NCBI RefSeq assembly: GCF_036365525.1 | Contig: NC_090413.1 | Span: forward strand, 24,722,601 to 24,786,600 | Direction: 5' to 3' | Length of the DNA: 64,000 nt | Source: Heterodontus francisci | Taxonomy: Eukaryota | Shown: piece by piece, positions 13,073 to 23,941 of the stretch | Layout of the letters: each line of letters starts with the position of its first letter | Position numbering within the stretch: the first letter of the stretch is position 1 | The notes under the pieces: generated by a model | Told to the model about the DNA's origin: nothing | Seen by the model: only the letters and a program-made list of their open reading frames with translations | Databases searched by the model: none | Program-made: the position numbers and the translations under genes

Positions 13073-13303
13073 TCAAGAGCGTTTTCCTCCTTCTGGATTG
13101 TTTCTGCTTCTCCAACGTAGCAATTTGATGAGGTTAAGACTTGCATTAAATATTCTGTCATGTTGGAAGATCATCTTGTAGAAAGTGTCAACGTGCAGAT
13201 TCCCTGTTGGGTCGGCAAATTTCAGTGTTGTGAATGGAGTGTATAGATTGTTGGTCTGGTAACGGAATGGAGGGTTTTCGGAAGTAATCACCTTCACTGT
13301 ATG
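13073..13303 (-). CDS. RDH8-like paralog, coding exon 6 (terminal)
   Basis: HTVKVITSENPPFRYQTNNLYTPFTTLKFADPTG...RWRSRNNPEGGKRS*; ctaacag acceptor, phase 0. Confidence 0.92.
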   Translation of the reverse strand, partial: HTVKVITSENPPFRYQTNNLYTPFTTLKFADPTGNLHVDTFYKMIFQHDRIFNASLNLIKLLRWRSRNNPEGGKRS

Positions 13304-14259
13304 CTGTTAGCAAAATCAGAAGATGTTAATGATCTAAGATTTGCACCATTCACAAGCATGGCATTAATTAACCCATCTCCCCACTCCTTTACAAACCCAC
13401 TCTAAACGCAAAGCCATCAATGGTGCATCTTAGTTAGCTCACGTTTTAATTTGTGCAAGAAGGCACTAGCTTTATGTATTGTCCTCCTTAGCAACACTAG
13501 GTCAGTATAACAAGTATCTGAGCAGAAGAAGTCTATGAGCAAATATCATAAGCGTCTCACTCGAGTCTCTGTTCACTGCTTTCATATGATAGCTACTCTA
13601 TTGCCATGGGTATCTTTTGCTCCTATTTTGTCAATTTCCTCCCCTTTCCTCTTGAAAATAGAGTTCAATGGGTATCGAGCACTGTCCATATCTTGCCCAA
13701 GTGTGAGTCTTGCCAATGAGTGCTGCCAGCCTCCCATGACGACGGGGATTACAGGTGAACCTAATAATTTTCTCATGCAATATCCCTCCCCATGCCCTTC
13801 CAGTCGGAACTGCAGGATGGCAATCAGGAATAAGACACTACACTGCTGAAGCTTTTGCCTTATCCACTGGCTTTGAAACAGGCATATCTCTAATTAATCA
13901 CTTACTTAAGGGTAAGTCATTGGCGAGCACATTTCAACATAGATAATTTTGTTCATTTTGGTAGGAAGAATAAGGAAGAGACCATAACTAGGAGCGATAA
14001 GTATAAGATGGTCACTCCTAAATCCAATAGGAAATTTAGGAGCTGCTACTTTTAACCTGAAAATGTGAGCTCACTACCACACGGAGTAGTTGAGGCACAG
14101 ATGGGAAGCTAGATGAGCACATGAGGGAGAAAGGAATGGAAGGACATCTTGATGGGGTTAGATGATGAAAGGTGGGAGGAGGCTCGTGTGGAGCGTAATC
14201 ACCAGAATGGATCTATTGGGCCGAATGACTTGTTTCTGTGCTTTAGATACAGTGTAATA

Positions 14260-14545
14260 CTTTGTAAGGTAATTGGCAAAAGGGCCAAAGGTGGGGGGCA
14301 GATGGAAGTTATCTTTATGCAGCGAATTATGATCTGGAATGCACTGCCAGAAAGTGAGGTGGAAGAAGATTCAATAGTAACTTTCAAAACAGAATTGGAT
14401 AGATACTTGAAGGGGAGAAAAATTTGCAGGGCGATGGGGAAAGAACAGGGAGAGTGGGACTAATTGCGTAGCTCTTTCAAAGAGCCAGCATAGACATGAT
14501 GGGCTGAATGGCCTCCCTCTATGCTGTACAATTCTATGATTCTGT
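14260..14545 (+). mobile_element. CR1 LINE 3' fragment
   Basis: WNALPE..VE.DSIVTFKTELDRYL peptide and attctatg tail. Confidence 0.75.
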
Positions 14546-14663
14546 AAAATAACTTATTAAATACCATTCTTTTCAGTACAATAATATTTCATCTATCATA
14601 AAACATTTGTAAAATACATTTAAAATAAAATGGCTTTGAGGGTGCTGGTTATTTCAAGAATAC

Positions 14664-14847
14664 CTCAGCTACTTCTTCTGCTGTTTGCCCAAGAGTACCG
14701 AAGACCTTTTTAGAATAAGGAAGGTACAATTGGCGAAACATTTTTGCAGTTTCTTCATCCGTACTGGAGAGGTCCATTTTAGCAGCGTCCTCGTACAGTT
14801 TAGTTTCAAACTCAGTGAAGACTGGTCCTGGTTCAATAAGACTTATG
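14664..14847 (-). CDS. RDH8-like paralog, coding exon 5
   Basis: ISLIEPGPVFTEFETKLYEDAAKMDLSSTDEETAKMFRQLYLPYSKKVFGTLGQTAEEVAE; 184 nt; ctatag acceptor, gtatt donor. Confidence 0.93.
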
Positions 14848-15425
14848 CTATAGGGAGACATACATACCGAGATCAGATCATCAGCCTAGCCAACTGATAA
14901 CGAATAATGCAAGGATATGTCAACAGAAATAGTATTTAAGAATATACAAAATACCCTGTATCATAATCGCTCTGGAACCAACTGTGTACAATATTTGAAA
15001 CTTAAACATGTTGTCCTGAAATGGCTTGACTTCCTTGAGGACTACCAACCACCAGAGTATGTAGATAGCTCCAATATGTATTGTTTTAAAATAACTGCAA
15101 GTCCATCATCTCAATGAGTCAAGAACCAATAGGAGTACAGCTCCCCTGATGGCTCAGTGAAAGAATATATTACACTGCATATTGCGGTACTGAACCATTT
15201 GGCTAGCAAGCTTCTGGTAAGAACTCTGGACTATTCTGAGTTCATTAATCTTAGCTGAGCAAAGTGGTACAGGTACTACAGTTCAGCTTGGTGTTGTATG
15301 GCTAGAGAGGGGGAGAAAAGAGAAATATCATTGAGAGTCCTTGGAACACATCACATGAAAATGAAGAACCCTGAATTGTGCAAAAAGATTGGATTGTATT
15401 TTTGTTAAAAATTTTCATGGCTTAC

Positions 15426-15519
15426 TTTATATTGAATCTTAAGGCTTGAATTGCCAAACTTTCGCAGAAACCTTCTACTGCAAATTTTGATGCTGAGTAG
15501 ATGTCGTTGAATAGAAGAC
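15426..15519 (-). CDS. RDH8-like paralog, coding exon 4 (catalytic YxxxK)
   Basis: [31 protein letters not shown]; 94 nt; ttctag acceptor, gtaag donor. Confidence 0.94.
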
Positions 15520-15655
15520 CTAGAAATATGAAGAACAAATCAATTTTTCCCAGCAAATAAAACCAATGTTTAAGTTTGATAAAATGTTTGTCTTCAACAC
15601 TGCAGCTATAATAAATGTCCATGAGCTGCTGAAACTTCTAAAATAATCAACTTAC

Positions 15656-15835
15656 CATGGAGTCCCATAACACTACTCATGACGACAATGTGTCCATTTT
15701 GACGTCTTTTCATATCGGGTAGAATTTCTTTCACCAAACGAGTCAGACCGAAGAAGTTTGTTTCGAGCACAGTTCTCATGGTGTCCAAGCTCTGGCACTC
15801 TACTGGTCCAATGAGCCCCATTCCAGCATTATTTA
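15656..15835 (-). CDS. RDH8-like paralog, coding exon 3
   Basis: VNNAGMGLIGPVECQSLDTMRTVLETNFFGLTRLVKEILPDMKRRQNGHIVVMSSVMGLH; 180 nt; tttag acceptor, gtaag donor. Confidence 0.94.
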
Positions 15836-16454
15836 CTAAAACAAGGAGAAAAATGGAATACAAAATACTGTTTTTGCTCAAGAAGATAGTTTTACCAGAA
15901 GTACAGAAGTAATGAGCAGGAGGGTACAACATTTTTCTGAGAAACCAAGGTGGGGTGCCATATCCCTAGTGCAGGACACGTTAAAACTTATAAGACCAAG
16001 AAATAGTGATTATCACTTTTTATACTATATTAAAAATCTTACATCTGGAAGCAGTTACGATCAACCTCTTGTGTTATAATGTTCCATATCCATTTTTAGA
16101 ATGGAAACTATCTATGTAAACTTGTCACACTGTAATTGCATGGTCAATGAGTGGAGGTGCGACTGTGCCACCACTGGTTGGAGGGTATAATGTACTGAAG
16201 GGGAAACATTTGCAGGGCTTTGAGAGTGGGACTTGTTGGGATAGTTCGTTCAGAGTTGGCACAAACACGATGAACCAAATGGCCTCATTCTGTAGCATCC
16301 TATGATTCTCTGTGAAAACGCCTCCGGTTCCTCTTTCTTTTGAAGAGTTTCTGACCTCTGCTGCCCGTCCACAACAGCGTCATTGAAATCTCAAACTTAC
16401 CGAAGCGACTTGTCAGTTCAACCTGTTTCATATAACCCTGAGACTAATGTGTAA

Positions 16455-16630
16455 AATGGGTTTAGGGTTAGAGTTGGGTTCGAGAGCTTGAAGTGGGCTT
16501 AGAGTTGAGATATTAGATTTAGATTTTGGGTGGAATTAAGAATTGGAGTTGGGTTTAGGATTGCGGTCGAGTTGCTTAAGGTTGGGATTTGGTTATGGTT
16601 GGCTTTTCAATAAAGCTTCGGGGTAGAGTT
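16455..16630 (+). repeat. Degenerate telomere-like (GGGTTA/GAGTT) tandem tract
   Basis: gggtttagggttagagttgggtt... with about 6-nt periodicity, in intron 2 of the RDH8-like gene. Confidence 0.6.
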
Positions 16631-16997
16631 TGTCTGTGACCCTAAGACCAACTCTATTTATTTTGAGGGTGACTTGATTTCATTAAAATATGTACTTATT
16701 TCAATGAGGAGACTCTTCCAGATGAATTCACCATGAGTATAGCTCGAGATTTGTAATGGAGCCTCAATATATTTAGTGACTTGTTAATGAGAGGATTTTT
16801 AGATTTCTATGAATAGTTTAAAAAAATAAATGCATTGTAGCAGTTACTCCAACTTGGTTATATATGAACAACTACTGAATTGCTATTTGGCACGATTTGT
16901 ATATTACTATGGATTTACAAAATCTTAAATGGAAAAAATCCCATTTAATGCAATATTTTGTTTGCTTATGAAATGTTTTTTAGATAAGATGTTAAAC

Positions 16998-17280
16998 CTT
17001 GTCTGCACTCTCAGGTGGATGCAAAAGATCCCATGGCACTATTTGAAGAAGAGGAGGGGCGTTCTCCCTGGTGTCGCTCAATCAACATTCCAAAAAAACA
17101 GATTCTCTGGTCATTATCACATTGCTGTTGGTGGGACTTTTTGCTCTGTGCAAATTGGCTGCCTTGTTCCCTACATTACAACAGCAACCACACTTCAAAT
17201 CCACTTAATTAGCTGTAAAGTGCTTTGAAACGCCGTGATGTTATGAAAGGCACGATAGAATTGCAAGTCTTTTTTTATAT
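16998..17280 (+). mobile_element. DeuSINE-like (SacSINE1/AmnSINE1-type) SINE; related copies near 11215-11345, 17940-18325, 19900-20230, 22210-22370, 39850-40010, 50560-50880, 60780-61060
   Basis: Shared core aaagatcccatggcactatttgaagaagag...gtgggagcttgctgtgtgcaaattggctgcc recurs many times in both orientations. Confidence 0.7.
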
Positions 17281-17289
17281 AAATCTTAC

Positions 17290-17451
17290 CCAGTATATCC
17301 ACCTTTCTCTCTGGAATACTGTTCACACACTTGCATACGGAATCTTCACTGCAAACGTCAAGTTCTTTGATTTCCAGTGTGTTGTTCAGCGTATCGCCTG
17401 CTGCGTCTTCCAGTTTTTTCTTCTTGTTTAAATCTCGCATTGTTGCGACAA
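17290..17451 (-). CDS. RDH8-like paralog, coding exon 2
   Basis: VVATMRDLNKKKKLEDAAGDTLNNTLEIKELDVCSEDSVCKCVNSIPERKVDIL; ttgcag acceptor, gtaag donor; 162 nt, same size as in the RDH8 copy. Confidence 0.93.
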
Positions 17452-19264
17452 CTGCAATAAGACAAGGTTATACTGCAGTAGATGATTTATGGCAATTTTT
17501 GATGTATAATAGAGAGCCCCTGTGCCACTGTTGCTATATATACAGGAGACATTTCACAAATCTAAACTTAAATAATATACAGCTTATATTCTCATTTTTT
17601 AACTATTGAGAATTGGGATGAACCTTGATACTTTAAACACAGGTTATAAACTGATCAGTGGACACTTTATTATGGCATTATTTGTCACCTATGCAATTTA
17701 ATAATACAATGCATGTTACAAAGTACATAAAGGAAATTTAAGCCATATCTGTAACAAGGTAGGTTCAGATGAATTTCATTTGGCACATTTCATCTCATCA
17801 TTCCCAACTATCAACCTAATGCATGTTGCCATTCTAGCCATTTTAAGTCTTCAAGTCTAGTGTCTTTGCTGCAACCACTTTTCTTGATAAATCAATCCAG
17901 GTGCTGATCACTCGATCAAAGCAGCTCCCTTTAGAAAGGAAAGAAAAACTTGCGTTTCATATAGCACCTTTCACAACGTTACATCCCAATGAAGTACTTT
18001 TGAAATGCACTTACTGTTGTAATGTAGGAAACGCGACAGCCACCCCATGCACAGCAAGCTCCCACAAACGGCAATAATGACCAGATCATCTGTTTTAGTG
18101 ATGTTGTTTGAAGGATAAATATTGGATAGGACAGCAGGGAGAAACTCCCCTGCTCTTCTTTGAAATAGTGCAGTGGGATCTTTTACATCTGGCTGAGAGA
18201 GCAGATGGGGCCTCGGTTTAACATCTCATCTGATCGAGGGCATGTCCCGCTCCCTTGGGGCTTGAACCCACAACTTTCTGACTCAGAAGCAACAGTGCTA
18301 CTCACTGAGCCATGGTTGACACAGTTTAACCACCGGACAATTAAAAGTATCAAATGTAAGACATTTCAGATACATGGCCACCCTCTGGTTCCAAGACATT
18401 CTGTTTTGTGATGTTATATGAAAAGCAAATCAATGTTTTGTCTCTATGCAGTACACACACAGGACCAGCAGGTGACTTATTCCCAGCATTCTGCTGCAAC
18501 GGACTCTTTGAGATATGTGGAAGAGGTCCTGTGGTGACTCCTTCATTCTATTCACTACCTCATCCTCCAGTGAAGGTGATGGCCTCTGCAACCTAGTCCC
18601 ACGCAACATGGTTGCAATCAGGAACTCGCTAAAGAGAGCCATGAGTTTCCTACCACCCTAGGAAAAATATGCTAAACACATTGCTTCGTTATTAAAATAC
18701 ACATCATTAGCAGGATAGAGGTGGGTAAGTCTGAATGGGTTCATTTGGGGCTTTATGCCCCTTGCTATATCTCTCCTGATCTTCAATAATCACTTTTTGA
18801 AACTTGTCTCTTTGACCATTTTTTGCAGTCACTTCCCCAACTCTTAACCCCAACTTGGTTCTGTCACCAACCCATCAAGCATCTTTGAATGTTTTACTGC
18901 ATAAAGGCACGATTTAAGTGCCAGTTGCGAAGAAATTATAATAGCTTGTGTCTAGCACAGCTTTAAAAGTGAGACCTTTTATCATGACTAGTCAGGAACG
19001 CATTGGCTGAAAGAGTAGTTGAGGCAGAAACCCTCATCACATTTAAAAAAAAAAAATCTTGGCTATGCATTTGAAGTGACGAAACCTACAGGGAAGTGGG
19101 ATTAAACTGGATAGCTCTTTTGCGGCCAGCACAGACATGATGGCCTCCTTTATGTGCCATAAATCCTTTATGTTTCTATTACATTTGCACAACATAATCT
19201 ATAGCCCGAGATGGCTAAGATCTTGCATCACTTATACAGAATACAATTTAAACTCCTGTCTTAC

Positions 19265-19361
19265 CTTTAAATCGTTTCAACTCATCTTTTGCTAGTTTGA
19301 CTGCTAGGGCCAGGCCAATACCAGAGGAGCAGCCTGTGACCATAACTGTTCTTGCAGACAT
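19265..19361 (-). CDS. RDH8-like paralog, coding exon 1
   Basis: [32 protein letters not shown], Rossmann TGxxxGxG motif; G|gtaag donor. Confidence 0.92.
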
Positions 19362-21580
19362 TGTTGTTTTTCTACTGTGAACCACTGCAAACATAGAAAA
19401 AGACTTCAGTGTTTGTAAGATGCTGCTTTTCCCCTCTGAAGTAGTCAGCCTAAATACAGGTAGATGATTCCCTCAAGCTTTTCCAAGTTTTAATGAGTTA
19501 AAAAGAAAGTCTTGCATTTAGTCCCAGGAACTATTGATCAACAAACACAGGATACAGGCTCTTAACAAATCCAAAATTTGAAAGCCAAATAGTGGTACTG
19601 TTGCTTTACCTCCAGTTAAAAAATACTCCGAGGCTTGTCAATGTTGCAGCCAAACACGAACACATGGTAATCAGTGAAGCACATCTCTAAAAGCTAAAAA
19701 TATTACTGCCCCTCAATTAATGTATCCAACTGACTGCAGGCTCTTTGCTCCCATGACCTCACTCAAACGTCTATTGCAAGTATTTATTTGGTGGAAGAAC
19801 TTTCAACATTAATCCTAGATCCTCCCTTGAATCTGCTCCATTTGCCCCGCTATCTCACTTTACCTTAATAATTAGTCACGAGAAAGTAAAAAGAAAATCT
19901 TAGATTTCTATTACGCCTTTCGTGACCTCAGGATGTCCCAAAGTGCTTTGCAGCCAATGAAATCTAGTCACTGTTGTGGGAAATACAACAGCCAGTTTGC
20001 ACACAGCAAGCTCCCACAAGCTGCAATGTGATAATGACCAGATAATCTGCTTTCAGCAATGTTGATTGAGGGATAAATATTGGCCAGGACACCAGGTATA
20101 ACTCCCCTGTGCTCTTCTTTGAAGTAGTGCACTGGAATAGTGCAGTGGGCCTCAGTTTAATATCTCATTTGAAAGACAGCACCTCTGACAGTGCAGCACT
20201 CCCTCAGTACTGCAATGCAGTGCCTGCCTAGAGTAGCTAAGTAATTTAGACCAAGAAGATCTCTGGTTTGTTTTGCTGGCCTGGTGCTGAGTTTGCTGAT
20301 TCTCAGCCGGGGGTAGGCAGCAGAGTGCTAAATTGGCTTCAGTGCCGCTCAGATAGAGAAGGGAAAATTAGCCAGATTTCCTGCTTCTGATCACGATTGG
20401 TGACTTTCCCCCCTTGCTGGAAGTTAGTCTTGGCAGTATATCCCGCTCTGGTCAATTAAATGGCCATGCTCACAATTTTCGCACATTAAAGTGTAGCTAG
20501 TTAGAAGGGCTATTGTAGGTTATCTGATGCTCACAGAATCTTACCACAGTGAGTCAACCTTCAGGAGGGGAGATCTGATGTGAAAAAGAAACTTTTACGA
20601 AAATCTCTGACAACAATAATTTGTATTTATCTAATTTATTAAAACCCCTTATAATTTTGAACACTTCTGTTAAATCTCCCCTTAACCTTCACTGGAGAAC
20701 AATCCCAGAGTCTCTGCACATAACTGAAACTGCCTATAATTTGCTGCTGTTGATCTAAAACTCAATAGCCGAGCAGGGTGAAACATCAATGTTTTGTTCT
20801 TCCAATGCCCCACCTAAAACTTGAAGGGAAAAGTTAGAAAGGGAACAGTTCTTGGCAAATTAGTGATTTGCACAGTTGCTCATCCTGACACACACCTTAC
20901 AGTCAAACTTTAAAAAAGACTGGTTGCAATGTATTTCCACTGGTTTTCTGTCGAGCAGATTAAGCAATTGATGGAAGTTGGCAATCTGGAAACGTGACAA
21001 TTCCTCAATGCCAATAGACCTTTAGCTTTCACATTACAGAGCAGCAACAGGCTGACACAGTTAACTTTGTACTCTGTTCGAACAGTTGAAAAGCATTATA
21101 AGTTTAGTTTTATTCTGATATTTATCATGGAGGTCAGAATGGTGGTGAGAATATGCAAATTGTGATTATAATTCAACTAAAAACAGAACTTGGTAACATA
21201 CAAAAGCCTGCAATTTTTTTCAAAATTAGATTTAATTTAAACAAGGATGAGTGAACATTTTTAATTGCAACAAAAATGGTGCTCCCTCAGAATTCATTAT
21301 GCTTTCACTAAACAAGAAGCAGGCATATTTTTTTTCTATTTGTTTCTTGCTTTTCATTGTATTATGTCGATCGTTGTAATGTATTTTGAACACATTTGAC
21401 GTTAGTACATTTGTAGAAGCTATTAGATAATTAAGAAAACACAAAAGGAGGAGCAATTTAAAGACTGCAATTTTACATAACAACTGTGCAGAATGATATT
21501 CAGTACAGTACCTTTTAAGAGATCGCTGCACGCACATTAACCATAGAGAACGAAACTCGGGTCAGAACAGATCGTCTTAC

Positions 21581-21645
21581 TGTAATCCCTGGCAACCACT
21601 CTCCACGCAGATACGTGGGGCTCTGCACATTGGGAGTTGTAGTTA
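21581..21645 (-). promoter_or_regulatory. Candidate promoter and non-coding first exon of the RDH8-like paralog
   Basis: ZNF143/SBS-type motif ACTACAACTCCCAATGTGCA (-, 21624-21643). X-box-like GTTGCCAGGGATTAC (21582-21596) contains TAATCC. Donor ACA|gtaaga at 21581/21580 could join the tttgcag acceptor at 19385 upstream of the ATG. Confidence 0.45.
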
Positions 21646-22498
21646 GTTTTTGCACCATTGATTTTTTTTTTTGTGGATGAGACATTACTCAAGAGTGATT
21701 ATAATTGAAATGTAATTTGCAAAATGTAATTTTTAACCAAAACCCCTCAAATGGGCTTTGATTTATCTTGAATTTAATATGCAGGGAAAAAAATGACTCG
21801 CACAGTTCATTCCTTGAATATTGTTATTTGCAAGCTTGGTAAGAATGGTTTAAATTTTTCTGCTTCATTGTGGGAAGTAGATTAAGGGTGAAATTGGGCA
21901 TTAGTGGGAATGCAAATCTGACTATCATAGTGGCCGCCTGGTATACTCACCAACCAATGATGTCCAGTTCCATTGACTTCAATAGAACTAAATATCAAGT
22001 GTGTCATATAGCAGGTGGCAAATGTGATGCTGTTGTTTTGAGGCCCTGCTATTCAATTTAACACTCCATTAATAAAAAGTACATCTTTCACTGCTATCTG
22101 CAACAATATCCTATCCTAAATAGGCACTGCACTTGCGCAGGTCCAGCAGATGTAGGATCTTTACTCCAACTCCACAAACCTAAGTACAAAATCCAGGCTG
22201 ACACTCTGATCATTTGCACGTTGCTATTTGTGGGAGCTTGCTGTGTGCAAATTGGCTGAAGCGTTTCCTACATTGCAACAGTGACCACTTTAAAAGAACC
22301 TTTATTGGTTGGACAATGCTTTGGCATGCCCTGAGGTCCTGAACGGCGCTATATAAACGCAAATCTCTCTTTTTCTTTCTAACTGCTTGATTCTCTTCCA
22401 AGGCCTTGCACATCCCAGAAAGATCCAACAGTATGCTTGAAGTAGAAGATTATCGTCCGTATCATCAATCCCAAAATTCAGGACATAATCTAAATATA

Positions 22499-23144
22499 TG
22501 GCCGGAATTTTTTGTCACCTCAGCGAGCCAGATGGTGGCGGGGTGGTGGCGCAAAATTGAGCGGGAGGCTCCGGGAGGCTTTCCTGGCCTGCTCCCGCCT
22601 CCACCCCATTTTACGTGGGCCGCAGGGGGCGGGAAACTGGTCACCTGCCCCAGGCCAATCAAGGCCCTTAAGTGGCCACTTAAGGGCCTTCGCCCGCCTC
22701 CACAGATATTTTACCCGGGGCCAGCGGGCATCTGGTAGATGTGAAAGCCCGCCCAGTAATACCTGGTGGGCCCTCAGTGCACCGCGGGGGCCCTGCTAAT
22801 CAGGCACAGGATGCCCGATTGAGAGCCTCCCCTGCTTCCCCAACCACCCCCCACTGCCAAATGACCTCCCTTGTCTTGCTGGGTCATGACCGATTCCCTC
22901 AGCGATGCAAACCCCAACTTTAGTCCTGGTGGGGCTGCTGGGACTAAGAGATGCCGGCCCCATGATTGGCTGCAGCTCAATGAGGCGGGACTTCCTCCCT
23001 CAAGTGGGTGAAAGTCCCGCCTTGGAACAATTAAAGCCCTGGGACCCGTAAAATGTGGGACGGATCCCCGGGCCTGGTGGAACCGGGTTCACCATCGACT
23101 TTTACGTCAGCCAGCTCCCATCCGCCCAGCGTAAATTCCAGTCC
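22499..23144. mobile_element. GC-rich PIF/Harbinger-type MITE
   Basis: TIRs ggccggaattt / aaattccagtcc, TA-rich flanks (tat), no coding capacity. Confidence 0.6.
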
Positions 23145-23941
23145 TATATGTTATTTGAATTGGCTGCTGAGCTACTGAACAGGAACTTCTTTTCCTTGAC
23201 TGGGAAGTGCTTTAGGAAGACTGAAGGTTGTAAAGGGTGCTATATAAAAACAAGTTATTTCAGTCTTCGATAGGTATATTTGGGGATTTTTGGGCTGATC
23301 TAACTTTTTAAATGCAAGTTTTTACTCGCCCTTTGAGCGCTGCAGTCAGGTTAATTGTGATGGTATTGTCCGGCTGGGGAGTTTTTTGGCAGTAACCATT
23401 AACGACTATGCCAAATGTCCAAAATCTGGTTTCATGATGCTTGGAAAAGCAACAGTATTATAGGCGAGGAATGAAACGAGTTGAGAAAGGGAAATGGTTC
23501 TGAGATTCCACTGTGGGATGAATTTGTGCTTGAATGCTAAACACTTTCTTCCTTTGCCTCTCCCAAAACAGCAATCACCCATTTAAGCTGCCAGCATACT
23601 TTCCTCCACAGATCCATCGGACTTCATGTGGTTATCTTTCCCAGATCAAGTTTCGTAGCTGTTGAAGATCCATAAAAACAAAGTGGTTAATGCTCCATTA
23701 AAATAGAAGGAATAGAGGAACAAATTAAATGTTGGTACACTCGCATCCCATAGTGTAATTTCAGAACCAAAGAGAAAACAGGGAAAAGTGACAACCAGTT
23801 GGACATCGAAAAAACAGTAAGTGACTGACTTTGAATTTATAATTTCTTTTAAATTTAACAATAACGTTTATAAATAAATTTTCTGCGTGCATAAAATAAT
23901 GCAAATTTAAATTTAACCATTGCAATTTTCAACAGTCTAAT

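Larger units (their letters stand above)
13073..19361 (-). other. Gene span: RDH8-like paralog (SDR28C family), 6 coding exons, 315 aa
   Basis: Exons of 97+162+180+94+184+231 = 948 nt form an open frame with GT-AG introns. Motifs [26 protein letters not shown], EPGPV are all intact. Confidence 0.92.

Noticed and set aside
13073-19361. HSD17B1 ortholog or a pseudogene
   Set aside because: SSVMG, EPGPVxTEFE and FRYQTNxxYTP are RDH8-type and the gene is tandem to RDH8; all six exons are open with canonical splice sites.
22499-23144. CpG-island promoter
   Set aside because: The GC-rich block is bounded by terminal inverted repeats and looks like a MITE.
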